Shown here piece after piece: positions 20,097 to 29,712 of a stretch of 64,000 nt of DNA. The stretch lies in contig JAEWQX010000144.1 of assembly GCA_023399035.1 (NCBI GenBank), forward strand, positions 255 to 64,254. Direction: 5' to 3'. The notes beneath the pieces were generated by a model. It did not search any database, was not told the origin of the DNA, and was given only the letters and a program-made list of their open reading frames with translations. Both the position numbers and the translations under genes were made by a program. The stretch comes from Bacillota bacterium. GTDB lineage: Bacteria; Bacillota; Clostridia; Clostridiales; Clostridiaceae. Each line of letters begins with the position of its first letter. Position 1 is the stretch's first letter.

Positions 20097-21218
20097 TTAA
20101 CTATTAATTATTGCTTCATATGAATTAAGTGTTTCTAGGGCTGTTTTCTTCCATGAAAACTTTCCACTCCGTGTAAGACTCTTTTTAACCATAGTCAATT
20201 TTAGAAGGCTATTGCTTAAAACTCGTCCAATATCATATGAAAGTAAATCGATATCGTGAGGATCTATTAATAGAGCAGATTCATAGCATACTTCAGGTAA
20301 AGATGTTACGTTAGAAGCAATTACAGGTGTGCCGCATGCCATAGCTTCAACAGGTGGAAGTCCGAATCCTTCATAAAATGAAGGATAAACAAGAACTTCA
20401 GCGGCATTATAAAATAAAGGCATATCTTCTAAAGGTATAAAATCAGTAAATATGACTTTATCACTAATTTTAAGTTCACCTGCTCTGGATTTATATTTTT
20501 CATATGAAGGCCCTTTTCTGCCTATTATAACAAGCTTAAATGTTTCTTTAAGGCTTTCAGGAAGCTTTGAATAGGCTTCTATTAATCCTAGAATATTTTT
20601 TCTAGGACTGAATCCACCAACATAGAGGACAAAATCTTCTTCAATACCGTATTTTCTTGTAACTAATGTTTTTGATTGTGATTTGCTTAGTGGTTTATAT
20701 ATATCTTCTGCAGCTAGGGGTGTTACATATATATTATCAAGAGGAAAATTAAACTCTTTAGCAATATCATTTTTTGAAAACTCAGAAACTGTAATTATTC
20801 CATTACAGTTCTCAAGTATTTTAGGAAGTTCATTATTGAATATTCTTAAGTATCTATCACTTACTGTTTCAGGCATACGGAGAGGGATAATATCATGTAA
20901 TGTTATTACTTTTTTGCATGATACATTATCAGAAAGTCCTACTCCATTCTGAGGTACATGATAAAGTTCAATATCTGAGTCATTTAAAATATTTGGAACT
21001 TTAATATCATCCCAAAAGCTGTTAGAACTTATAGAATCAACTGTTTCTATCTTGAAATTTGAATTTAAGTTGCTTAGTGAATCACATGGAGGCATAAATA
21101 TTAAATAATCATTTGTGCTGTCAACGCTGTTCAGGTTACGAATAAGTTCATGAGTATATGTTCCTATTCCAGTACCACGATACCATTTTGCAGCTCTGCC
21201 ATCTATTCCTACTTTCAT
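20097..21218 (-). CDS. GT4 glycosyltransferase (paralog of 15882-17012)
   Basis: GTGIGTY, TLHDIIP, YEGFGLPPVEAM. Confidence 0.92.
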   Translation of the reverse strand: MKVGIDGRAAKWYRGTGIGTYTHELIRNLNSVDSTNDYLIFMPPCDSLSNLNSNFKIETVDSISSNSFWDDIKVPNILNDSDIELYHVPQNGVGLSDNVSCKKVITLHDIIPLRMPETVSDRYLRIFNNELPKILENCNGIITVSEFSKNDIAKEFNFPLDNIYVTPLAAEDIYKPLSKSQSKTLVTRKYGIEEDFVLYVGGFSPRKNILGLIEAYSKLPESLKETFKLVIIGRKGPSYEKYKSRAGELKISDKVIFTDFIPLEDMPLFYNAAEVLVYPSFYEGFGLPPVEAMACGTPVIASNVTSLPEVCYESALLIDPHDIDLLSYDIGRVLSNSLLKLTMVKKSLTRSGKFSWKKTALETLNSYEAIINS

Positions 21219-21278
21219 TTCGAAATCCTTCCATAGTATTTATCATACTGTATTATATTAAAAGAACATAAAAAATGT

Positions 21279-21307
21279 TAATAAAAGAATAAATATCCAC
21301 ATATAAA
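21279..21307 (+). promoter_or_regulatory. SigmaE-like promoter
   Basis: TAATAAA-N14-CATATAAA. Confidence 0.4.
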
Positions 21308-21326
21308 TATACAGGAGGTGAGAACA

Positions 21327-22325
21327 ATGATGAGGGAGTTTGAAATAGAAAGACAATTTAATATTAAGATAGAAAAGATTAAAGCAAATAAAGGCGTTTA
21401 CTATCTTAAGACTGATAAGGGTGAGAGATGCCTGAAAAAAATAAATTATGGTCCTCAAAAGCTGCTATTTGTTTATGGTGCAAAGGAACATTTAAGAAAA
21501 AATGGTTTCAGCAATTTAGATAAATATTATTTGAACATAGATGGAGAACCCTATGCCTTAGTAAATGAGGATTTGTATACTTTATCAGAATGGCTGGATG
21601 GAAGAGAGTGTGACTTTCACAATATAGATGAAGTAAAGATAGCAGCAAAGACATTGGCAGATCTTCATGAGGCATCAAAAGGATATGATCCGCCTGAAAA
21701 TTCCAAGTTGAAGAGTGATCTTGGAAGATGGCCTCATCTTATGGAAAAAAGGATAAAATCATTAGATAAGATGCGAGATATGGTAAGAAAGAAAAATATC
21801 AAGAGTGATTTTGATCTCATTTATCTTCAATCAATGGAATTTTATAAGGAAATAGGGAAGAAGGCTCTTCAGACATTAAAGGAATCTGATTATTATGAGC
21901 TTTGTATGATTGCGGAAAATGAAAAAAGTTTCTGTCATCATGATTTTACTTATCACAATATAATAATAGGTGAAAATAAAGATGTACATGTAATTGATTT
22001 CGATTACTGCAAGAGAGAAGTAAGAACATTTGATATAAGCAACTTTATGATTAAAGTATTAAAGAGAGTAGATTGGAATCTTGATTTTGCTGTAGCAATA
22101 ATAGATACTTATAATTCAGTTTCCAAACTTAAAGATGAAGAATATAAGGTATTGTATTCTTATCTTCAATTCCCACAAAGATATTGGAGATTAGCAAACA
22201 GATACTATTATAATGAAGTTAACTGGGGGCAGAATACCTTTGCAGGTAAGCTAAGTTCTATAATAGATGAACAGAATAAGTATCTTCAATTTTTGGACAG
22301 ATTTAAGAACTATTATAAACTATGA
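21327..22325 (+). CDS. CotS-family spore coat kinase-like protein
   Basis: CLKK, CHHDFTYHN, IDFDY; SD AGGAGG before ATG 21327. Confidence 0.9.
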   Translation: MMREFEIERQFNIKIEKIKANKGVYYLKTDKGERCLKKINYGPQKLLFVYGAKEHLRKNGFSNLDKYYLNIDGEPYALVNEDLYTLSEWLDGRECDFHNIDEVKIAAKTLADLHEASKGYDPPENSKLKSDLGRWPHLMEKRIKSLDKMRDMVRKKNIKSDFDLIYLQSMEFYKEIGKKALQTLKESDYYELCMIAENEKSFCHHDFTYHNIIIGENKDVHVIDFDYCKREVRTFDISNFMIKVLKRVDWNLDFAVAIIDTYNSVSKLKDEEYKVLYSYLQFPQRYWRLANRYYYNEVNWGQNTFAGKLSSIIDEQNKYLQFLDRFKNYYKL

Positions 22326-22332
22326 TTAATTA

Positions 22333-22384
22333 AAAAATCCTTATTGATATTTTATTAATTCTATCAATAGGGATTTTTATTTTT
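22333..22384 (+). terminator. Intrinsic terminator
   Basis: AAAAATCCTTATTGATA / TATCAATAGGGATTTTT. Confidence 0.75.
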
Positions 22385-22389
22385 AGTGA

Positions 22390-22418
22390 AACTTTTTGAG
22401 ATTATAATCCATATTATA
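22390..22418 (+). promoter_or_regulatory. SigmaK-like promoter of yabG
   Basis: AACT-N16-CATATTATA; yabG is a known sigmaK gene in sporeformers. Confidence 0.55.
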
Positions 22419-22450
22419 AAATATACTAATAATAACATATGGGGAAAATA

Positions 22451-23311
22451 ATGAAAATAGGAGATACCGTGGTTAGAAAATCTTATGGAAAAGATATTAC
22501 TTTCAAAATAATAGATATAAGAGAGAAGGACGGAAAAGAAAATATAATATTGAAGGGAATAAATATGAGGATAATTGCTGATGCAACAGCAGAGGACTTG
22601 GAAGCTGCGAGAGAGGACAGCGGTTCGAAAGATAAGATATTAAATACAAGAGTAAATGAAGCTATAAAGAAAGCCATAAATGTTCGTGGAGAGTTAAGGG
22701 ATAAATCTGAAAAATCTCAAAAAATAAAAAATAAAGATGAACTTGTTTTTGGGAGACCAGGAAAGATACTTCATGTTGATGGAGACAGCGAGTATATGGA
22801 AACATGCTTAAAAGTCTATAAGCAATTGTATCTTGATGCCGTTGGAAAACATATACCTGAAAGTGAACAGCCATTAGTTATAGTTGATTTAGTCAAGGAA
22901 GTAAAGCCTGATATTGTCGTTTTAACAGGACATGACAGTGTAGTAAAAGATACTAAGGATTATCTTGATTTAAGTAATTATAGGAATTCTAAATATTATA
23001 TGGAGTCTGTAAAAAACTTACGGAATTATAATTCAAGTTATGATGAACTGGTGATTTTTGCAGGAGCATGCCAGAGTTGCTATGAAAGGATTCTCGATGT
23101 GGGAGCTAATTTTGCATCATCTCCGAACAGAGTATTAATTCACTGTCTTGATCCTGTTTTTGTATGTGAAAAGATAGCTTATACAAGAATAGATAAAGTG
23201 GTATCAATAACAGATGTAATAGAAAATACTATAACTGGAATTAAAGGTGTAGGTGGATTACAGACAAGAGGAAAATATAGAGAGGGATATCCAAAATCTT
23301 CATACATTTAA
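22451..23311 (+). CDS. yabG: Sporulation peptidase YabG
   Basis: GDTVVRKSYGKD, PGKILHVDGD, TGHD, AGACQS, GANFASSP. Confidence 0.95.
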   Translation: MKIGDTVVRKSYGKDITFKIIDIREKDGKENIILKGINMRIIADATAEDLEAAREDSGSKDKILNTRVNEAIKKAINVRGELRDKSEKSQKIKNKDELVFGRPGKILHVDGDSEYMETCLKVYKQLYLDAVGKHIPESEQPLVIVDLVKEVKPDIVVLTGHDSVVKDTKDYLDLSNYRNSKYYMESVKNLRNYNSSYDELVIFAGACQSCYERILDVGANFASSPNRVLIHCLDPVFVCEKIAYTRIDKVVSITDVIENTITGIKGVGGLQTRGKYREGYPKSSYI

Positions 23312-23341
23312 ATGGAACTATAAAAATATAATTTAAACCAT

Positions 23342-23402
23342 AAGTCATATAATATAAAACTTATTACTTTATAGGGTAAAGTTTTATTATATGGCTTTTA
23401 TT
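23342..23402 (+). terminator. Long imperfect hairpin/terminator after yabG
   Basis: AAGTCATATA / TATATGGCTT and ATAAAACT / AGTTTTAT nested stems. Confidence 0.6.
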
Positions 23403-23501
23403 GTTCGGTAAGAATATTATTATAAAAACTAGAATAAAAACAATGTAAATAGAGAATAATAGAATGACTTAATAAAAAATGTAACATATATTTTATTTTT
23501 A

Positions 23502-23570
23502 TTGACAACTACTATTATTAGTGATAAAATATTTGTTTTGCTTGACAAAAATAGGAATTTAATGTATAAT
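23502..23570 (+). promoter_or_regulatory. Tandem sigmaA promoters of veg
   Basis: TTGACA-N17-TAAAAT (23502-30, with extended TG) and TTGACA-N17-TATAAT (23542-70). Confidence 0.8.
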
Positions 23571-23594
23571 TTACAATGGAAAGAGGGTGTTTGT

Positions 23595-23837
23595 ATGGAA
23601 AAAGTTAAAACAATTGCTTCCATAAAGAACGACATTGAACAGCATGTAGGAGATAATGTTACTCTGAAAGCTAATGGTGGAAGAAAAAAGATTTTAATCA
23701 ATGATGGAATAATAGATAGTGTTTATCCTAGTATTTTCGTTATAAGATTAAAATGTGACACCCAAAGGACTGTGACATATAGTTATTCAGATGTATTAAC
23801 AAAGACTGTACAATTGGTATTTCCAGCTACAATATAA
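23595..23837 (+). CDS. veg: Veg protein
   Basis: LKANGGRKK, YPSIF, TYSYSDVLT; follows yabG; ATG 23595 after GAGGG. Confidence 0.93.
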   Translation: MEKVKTIASIKNDIEQHVGDNVTLKANGGRKKILINDGIIDSVYPSIFVIRLKCDTQRTVTYSYSDVLTKTVQLVFPATI

Positions 23838-23866
23838 ACTTCGATTTATCGAAGTTTTTTTCTTTT
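23836..23866 (+). terminator. veg terminator
   Basis: AAACTTCGAT / ATCGAAGTTT plus T-run. Confidence 0.8.
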
Positions 23867-23869
23867 AAT

Positions 23870-23958
23870 AAAAAAAGAAAGATGGTGGGTTTCCATCTTT
23901 CAACTATGGTATAAAAGGGTATTGAGAATTTATGAGAGGTTATATGGTCAATAACCAA
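23870..23958 (-). ncRNA. Candidate ~90-nt small RNA
   Basis: Minus-strand TTGACA-N17-TAATAT promoter (23992-23964) and terminator GAAAGATGG / CCATCTTTC-T7; no evident ORF. Confidence 0.6.
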
Positions 23959-24149
23959 TTACTATATTACGACAAAATATATTAATTGTCAATAAAAAAA
24001 ACAAAAAAACCGAAAAAATTTTCAAATAGAATAAAAAACTAAAAAATATGTATATTTACTAGATATTATATATTTTTTTATAATATTTATTTTTACAAAA
24101 CATACTGAAATTTGAAATAAAAATATTATTTCAAATTAGTCTTTATTTA

Positions 24150-24179
24150 TCATAAAGTTGTCTGAATGGGTATATAAAT
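24150..24179 (+). promoter_or_regulatory. SigmaE-like promoter of sipL
   Basis: TCATAAA-N14-TATATAAAT. Confidence 0.45.
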
Positions 24180-24210
24180 AGATAGTAGAAATTTTATGGA
24201 GGTAGAAAGT

Positions 24211-25773
24211 ATGTCAGATATAGATGTTATAAAAGAGAATGTTCAATTTGAACAGCTTATTAGAGAAAGCAATTCTAACTGTGTATTAAAAGATGAATAT
24301 TTGATACCAGATACTCATCCAGATGTACAGGAAATATTAACAGTTGAATCAAGACCGATGATAACTAATAAGGAAGTTGTCGGAGACAAAATTGTACTTG
24401 ACGGAAAAGTTGAATATACTGTTTTATATTTGGCACGAGAAGAAAGTCTTGTAATTAATTCTGTAAACTACACTCAGAAATTTACCAGCAATATTGATCT
24501 TAATCAGGATGAACATAAGGTTATTTGTGAAGCAGAATGTAATGTAGAACATATTGAAGCTGCAATCATGAATGAAAGGAAGATATTGATTCAAGGAATA
24601 TTTGATATTGATTGGGAGCTTTATAAAACAAATGAATTTGAATTTGTTAAAGAAATTGAAGGAAATGATGATGTAGAAGTTTTAAAGAAGACAGAGACTA
24701 TAAACAGAATAAGCGCAAATAAGGAAATTGAATTAACAGGAAAGTCTGTAATAAGGGTTGGAATGGATAAGCCACAGATAAATAAGATACTAAACTGTGG
24801 ATTACTGCTCCACAAAAAAGAAGTTAAAATAGTTGAAGATAAGATATATTTAGGATGCTACTGTAAATTAAATATATTATACAAGGGCGATGATACAAAA
24901 GACGTAGTATGTATGGAAGATGATATTTATTTATCTAAGGAAGAAGAAATGCCAGGCATAACATCAGATATGATACCATCAGTTTATTATGAGATACTGG
25001 ATGATGAGCTAATGCTTGAAGAGGATGACTTAGGTGAAGTAAGGATAATTAATAATGAATTTTCAGTTAAGGCTAATGTTAAAGTATTTTCTCAGGAGAA
25101 AATCGATACAATAAAGGATGCATATTCACCTGATACTATTCTTGGTTTAAAAAAGGATGAATATGAAGTAGGAGTATTACAGGGAACAAATAGTTCAGAA
25201 ACAGTTGTAAAGGACAATATTCAATTAAATGACACTGATTTAAAACCAGAGCAGATAATATATGCAAATGCAGCTATAATATTGACAGATAAGGAAATCA
25301 TGACAGATAAAATAGTTGTGGAGGGAATAATAAAAGCTGATGTATTATATAAGACAATTGATGAGGAAAAATATATGTCAGATATAAAAGCAGAAATACC
25401 ATTCTCATCAGCACTTGATATTTCAGGAGCAGCTGACGGTATGAAAGCAATAATAAGAGCAGCTGTGGAAAGTATTGATGCTGCAATTGAAGGAAATAGC
25501 ATTGCAGTTAAAGTTAGCATGGTATTGAGTGGAAAAATATTATATGAAGTAAGCAAAGAATTTATATGTGATGTTGTTGAAGAAGATGGAGAGAAGCCTG
25601 AAAAGAAAGCCAGTATAACTATTTATGTTGTAGGTGAAGGCGATACACTTTGGGAACTAGCTAAGAAATATAATACAACTGTAGCAGATCTGGTTAAGAT
25701 AAATGGACTTGATGATTCTAATTATATTGAAATTGGACAGAAGATAATAATTCCGGGACGAGCAGTTTTTTAA
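24211..25773 (+). CDS. sipL: SipL spore coat morphogenetic protein (three SPOCS/DUF3794 domains plus LysM)
   Basis: Three repeated KIxxxGxxxxxxLY domains; C-terminal LysM GDTLWELAKKY; SD GGAGG before ATG 24211. Confidence 0.88.
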   Translation: MSDIDVIKENVQFEQLIRESNSNCVLKDEYLIPDTHPDVQEILTVESRPMITNKEVVGDKIVLDGKVEYTVLYLAREESLVINSVNYTQKFTSNIDLNQDEHKVICEAECNVEHIEAAIMNERKILIQGIFDIDWELYKTNEFEFVKEIEGNDDVEVLKKTETINRISANKEIELTGKSVIRVGMDKPQINKILNCGLLLHKKEVKIVEDKIYLGCYCKLNILYKGDDTKDVVCMEDDIYLSKEEEMPGITSDMIPSVYYEILDDELMLEEDDLGEVRIINNEFSVKANVKVFSQEKIDTIKDAYSPDTILGLKKDEYEVGVLQGTNSSETVVKDNIQLNDTDLKPEQIIYANAAIILTDKEIMTDKIVVEGIIKADVLYKTIDEEKYMSDIKAEIPFSSALDISGAADGMKAIIRAAVESIDAAIEGNSIAVKVSMVLSGKILYEVSKEFICDVVEEDGEKPEKKASITIYVVGEGDTLWELAKKYNTTVADLVKINGLDDSNYIEIGQKIIIPGRAVF

Positions 25774-25787
25774 TCGTAAACATATAT

Positions 25788-25819
25788 GAGAGATCTCAAA
25801 AAGGGGGTCTCTTTTTTTT
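25788..25819 (+). terminator. sipL terminator
   Basis: GAGAGATCTC / GGGGTCTCTT plus T-run. Confidence 0.75.
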
Positions 25820-26196
25820 CCAGGAATTTATAGTATTTTTATTTGTTGAATTTAAGTTATATCAATGTATTGATATATTTAAGAAGTAAGAGTTAAGAAA
25901 AAAACAGCAATCTATTTTATTTATTATTAATAGATAATAACGGTGTGTTTCAACTAAAACTATGAATTTTTCACTTTAAATTATCAAGTGAAAAGTTCAT
26001 AGTTTTGTTTAGGTATCATTTATAAAACTGTTGTGATATGTAAAACAGATTATTTTAATTTATTCAATTGCTTGTATAGGTTATGTGTGAAAACTGATAG
26101 TTTATCAAGTAATAATTGTGGGGGCATATGAAATTTGTTGAATAAATATATTTCTTACTGGCAAGAATATATATCATGCGATATGAGGTGAGAAAT

Positions 26197-27012
26197 TTGA
26201 GTAATGATTTGAGTGGAAATTTAATTATTATAGGAGGAGCTGAAGATAAACAGGGAAAGAGGGAAATATTAAAAAGAGTTTGTAATTCAATTGATAAAAA
26301 TAATGATACTTTGCTTATTGCAACTATAGCTACAGAATATCCAAAGGAAGCTGCAGCTAAATACAAGAGAGTCTTTAATGATTTAAAAGTTAGAAATCTC
26401 AAGGTTCTTGATATAAGTACTAGAAATGATGCATTTGAAGAAAGTAATGTAGACCTTATAAAAAATTGTGAACTCATTTTTTTTACTGGAGGAGATCAGT
26501 TAAGAATAACAAGCTTGATTGGAGGAACCCCGGTTTATGATGCGTTAAGAGAATGTCTTATAAATGGAGTTTTTATAGTAGGAACTTCAGCAGGTGCATC
26601 AGTCATGAGCGATACTATGATTGTTCAAGGGAATGATGATGATTCACCAAGGAAATGTACATTAAAAATGGCTCCAGGTCTTAGTTTCATACGACATGTA
26701 ATGATTGATCAACATTTCGCACAGCGAGGCAGAATAGGCAGGTTGCTTGCAGGAATAGCAGAAAATCCAGAAGTATTAGGAATAGGAATTGATGAAAACA
26801 CAGCAATAGTAGTAAATGATCAAGGCATTATAGAGGTAATAGGAGAAGGTGCAGTTTATTTTATTGATGGAAGTAATATTTCATATACAAATGTATCAGA
26901 ATTGCATTGTGATGAAATACTAAGCATGCACAATGTCAAATTACATATTTTAACTAATGGAAATAAATTTGATTTAGCAAAAAGATCACCTTTTGAGGAG
27001 GAAACAAATTAG
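26197..27012 (+). CDS. cphB: Cyanophycinase
   Basis: IIGGAED, FTGGDQ, GTSAGA (Ser), DQHF (His), GIDENT (Glu); TTG 26197 after GAGGTG. Confidence 0.93.
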   Translation: MSNDLSGNLIIIGGAEDKQGKREILKRVCNSIDKNNDTLLIATIATEYPKEAAAKYKRVFNDLKVRNLKVLDISTRNDAFEESNVDLIKNCELIFFTGGDQLRITSLIGGTPVYDALRECLINGVFIVGTSAGASVMSDTMIVQGNDDDSPRKCTLKMAPGLSFIRHVMIDQHFAQRGRIGRLLAGIAENPEVLGIGIDENTAIVVNDQGIIEVIGEGAVYFIDGSNISYTNVSELHCDEILSMHNVKLHILTNGNKFDLAKRSPFEEETN

Positions 27013-27014
27013 CG

Positions 27015-29624
27015 ATGAAAATAGTGCAGAAAAGAATATATGAAGGCAAAAATATATATTCTTATAAAAAGTGTATCAGAATAGATTTAGATCTGGAAGG
27101 TTATTCTCAAATACCAAGCAAAAATATCCCTAATTTTAATTTCAATATTATCAAGATCCTACCAGAACTAAAGGAGCATAGGTGTGGAATAGATGAGGAA
27201 TGTGGTTTTGTCAAAAGACTCGAAGAAGGTACCTATTTAGCTCATATTTGTGAACACTGCATGATTGCCATACAAAACATTTTAGGCATAGATATATCCT
27301 ATGGTAAGGCAAGAGAAATTAAAGATGAATTATATTATATAATAGTTCAATATGAATATGAGAATACTGTTATTGAAACAGCAGCCTTAGCTGTTGATTT
27401 AATTAATTCTTTAATTAAGAATATTCCTATAAATTTCAGTGATAGAATAAAAGAAATAAAAGTGACTTTGAAAAAAGAACTGATTGGACCAACTACAAAG
27501 GCAATTTGTGATGCAGCAAAAAAATATAATCTTCCAGTTACTGAGCTAGGTAAAAGCGGTATATATCAAATAGGTTATGGAAGTCAGGGAAGAATAGTGG
27601 AGGCATCAATAAGCGATAGAACTAATTGTGTGGGAGTAGATATTTCTTGTGACAAGCTTCTCACAAAACAGTTATTAAATATTCAAAATATACCTGTAGC
27701 AGATGGGTGTAAAGTATGCAATATAATAGGGCTTTTAAGAGAAGCTGAAATTATTGGATATCCAGTTGTGCTTAAACCACAATACGGAAGTAAGGGAAAG
27801 GGAGTTATCCTTAATTTAAAAACTGAAAAGGAACTTATAGAAGCATATAGATCTCTTTTAAAAGTTACTGATGATATCATTATAGAAAAATATGCTTGTG
27901 GAAATGATTATAGAGTATGCGTGATTGATTATAAAGTTGTTGCTGTTTCACTCAGAATAGCACCTTTTGTTATTGGTGATGGAAAAAGTAATTTAAAATC
28001 CTTAATAGATATGTTAAATAAGGATCCATTAAGAGGAGAAGATCACGAGAAACCACTTACAGCAATAAAGTTTGATAAAGAATTATTCAACTGTTTATAT
28101 AGACAAAAAATGAGTCTTGATTATATTCCTAAGAAAGGTCAAAAAGTTAGATTAAGAGAAAATGCAAATTTATCAACTGGAGGCATGGCAGTAGATTGTA
28201 CAGATAAGATATGTGATGAAAATGTCGATTACTGTATAAGAGCTGCAAAAGCACTTGGATTAGATATATGCGGTGTAGACATCTGCGCAGAAGATATCGG
28301 AATTCCTATAAATGAGCAGGACGGAATAGTAATGGAGGTTAATGCAGCGCCAGGCATAAGGATGCACCACTTCCCTTCAAAAGGTCAAAAGAGAGATGTA
28401 GGTAAAGCAATAGTTGATATGCTTTATGAAGGTCATCCTCAAAATATACCAGTAATATCTGTTACAGGAACTAATGGAAAAACTACAACAACAAGGATGA
28501 TAGGTCATGTTCTCAGTATGATGGGATTTACTACTGGTGTAACATCAACAGATGGAATTTATATTGATAACAAGTGTATTCATGAGGGTGATGATTCTGG
28601 TTTCAGCAGTGCAAAGACTGTACTTTTAAATAGAGATGTAGATGCAGCTGTTTTGGAAACTGCAAGAGGTGGAATTATAAGAAAAGGGCTGGCATATGAT
28701 CTAGCAGATGTAGCTGTAATAACCAATATTACAAATGATCATCTGGGTCTTGATGGCATAGATTCTATTGAAGATTTAATGTTTGTAAAATCATTAGTAG
28801 GAGAAGGAGTAAAAAAGGATGGATATACAGTAATAAATGCAGATGATGAATATAGCAGAAAGATTATAGATAGGATACCATGTGAAAAGATATACTTTTC
28901 ACAATCAAAGGATAATGATTTGATTAAACAAAATATAGATAGTGGAAAGATTGCTGTTTTCATTGAGAATAATAATATATGTGTTATTAACAATCATAGA
29001 AAATATTTAATAATTTCTGTGAATGAATTACCTATATCTTATAATGGATTATTAACATATAATATTGAAAATGCTATGGCGGCATGTGCGGCACTTGTAG
29101 GATTAAAAATAGATTACTGCATGATAAGTAAAGGTTTTGCAGATTTTAAGTCTTATGAAAATAACAAAGGACGTTTTAATGTATTTGATTATAATGGAAG
29201 AAAAGTAATTTTAGATTACGGTCATAATATTGAAGGATATAGATCTGTTTTAACATGTTTGAATAAAATTAAAACTAAAAATAGATTAATAGGCGTTATT
29301 GGAATACCTGGAGACAGAGGCAATGATGTAATAAATGAGGTTGGAAATATTTGCTGCGATAATTTAGAAGAAGTGATTATAAAGGAAGATAAAGATAGAA
29401 GAGGAAGAGCAGTAGGAGAAGTATCACAGCTTCTAAAAATGTCTATTTTGAAGAAAAATAAAAATAAAAAAGTGAAAGTATATCTTGATGAAGTTGATGC
29501 ACTTGAATATGCACTAAGAATTAGCAATAAAGATGATATAATAATAGTTTTCTATGAAAAATTAAATCCGTTGATAGAGTTTATTAACAATTGTGAACAT
29601 GAAAGAATTAATAAAATGATTTAA
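27015..29624 (+). CDS. cphA: Cyanophycin synthetase CphA1
   Basis: N domain EHRC...GTYLAHICEH; ATP-grasp ANLSTGG, EVNAAPG; Mur-ligase-like GTNGKTTT, ETARGG, DYGHN. Confidence 0.95.
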   Translation: MKIVQKRIYEGKNIYSYKKCIRIDLDLEGYSQIPSKNIPNFNFNIIKILPELKEHRCGIDEECGFVKRLEEGTYLAHICEHCMIAIQNILGIDISYGKAREIKDELYYIIVQYEYENTVIETAALAVDLINSLIKNIPINFSDRIKEIKVTLKKELIGPTTKAICDAAKKYNLPVTELGKSGIYQIGYGSQGRIVEASISDRTNCVGVDISCDKLLTKQLLNIQNIPVADGCKVCNIIGLLREAEIIGYPVVLKPQYGSKGKGVILNLKTEKELIEAYRSLLKVTDDIIIEKYACGNDYRVCVIDYKVVAVSLRIAPFVIGDGKSNLKSLIDMLNKDPLRGEDHEKPLTAIKFDKELFNCLYRQKMSLDYIPKKGQKVRLRENANLSTGGMAVDCTDKICDENVDYCIRAAKALGLDICGVDICAEDIGIPINEQDGIVMEVNAAPGIRMHHFPSKGQKRDVGKAIVDMLYEGHPQNIPVISVTGTNGKTTTTRMIGHVLSMMGFTTGVTSTDGIYIDNKCIHEGDDSGFSSAKTVLLNRDVDAAVLETARGGIIRKGLAYDLADVAVITNITNDHLGLDGIDSIEDLMFVKSLVGEGVKKDGYTVINADDEYSRKIIDRIPCEKIYFSQSKDNDLIKQNIDSGKIAVFIENNNICVINNHRKYLIISVNELPISYNGLLTYNIENAMAACAALVGLKIDYCMISKGFADFKSYENNKGRFNVFDYNGRKVILDYGHNIEGYRSVLTCLNKIKTKNRLIGVIGIPGDRGNDVINEVGNICCDNLEEVIIKEDKDRRGRAVGEVSQLLKMSILKKNKNKKVKVYLDEVDALEYALRISNKDDIIIVFYEKLNPLIEFINNCEHERINKMI

Positions 29625-29712
29625 GAAATAGTTTTATCTCAACAACTATATTAGACAGGAATTTTTACCTATGATAAAATAATGTTAAATTGCTATGAAA
29701 GGATAAATTGAA

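Noticed and set aside
23502..23594. N-terminal extension of Veg in the ORF track
   Set aside because: The region is the tandem sigmaA promoter; SD spacing supports ATG 23595.
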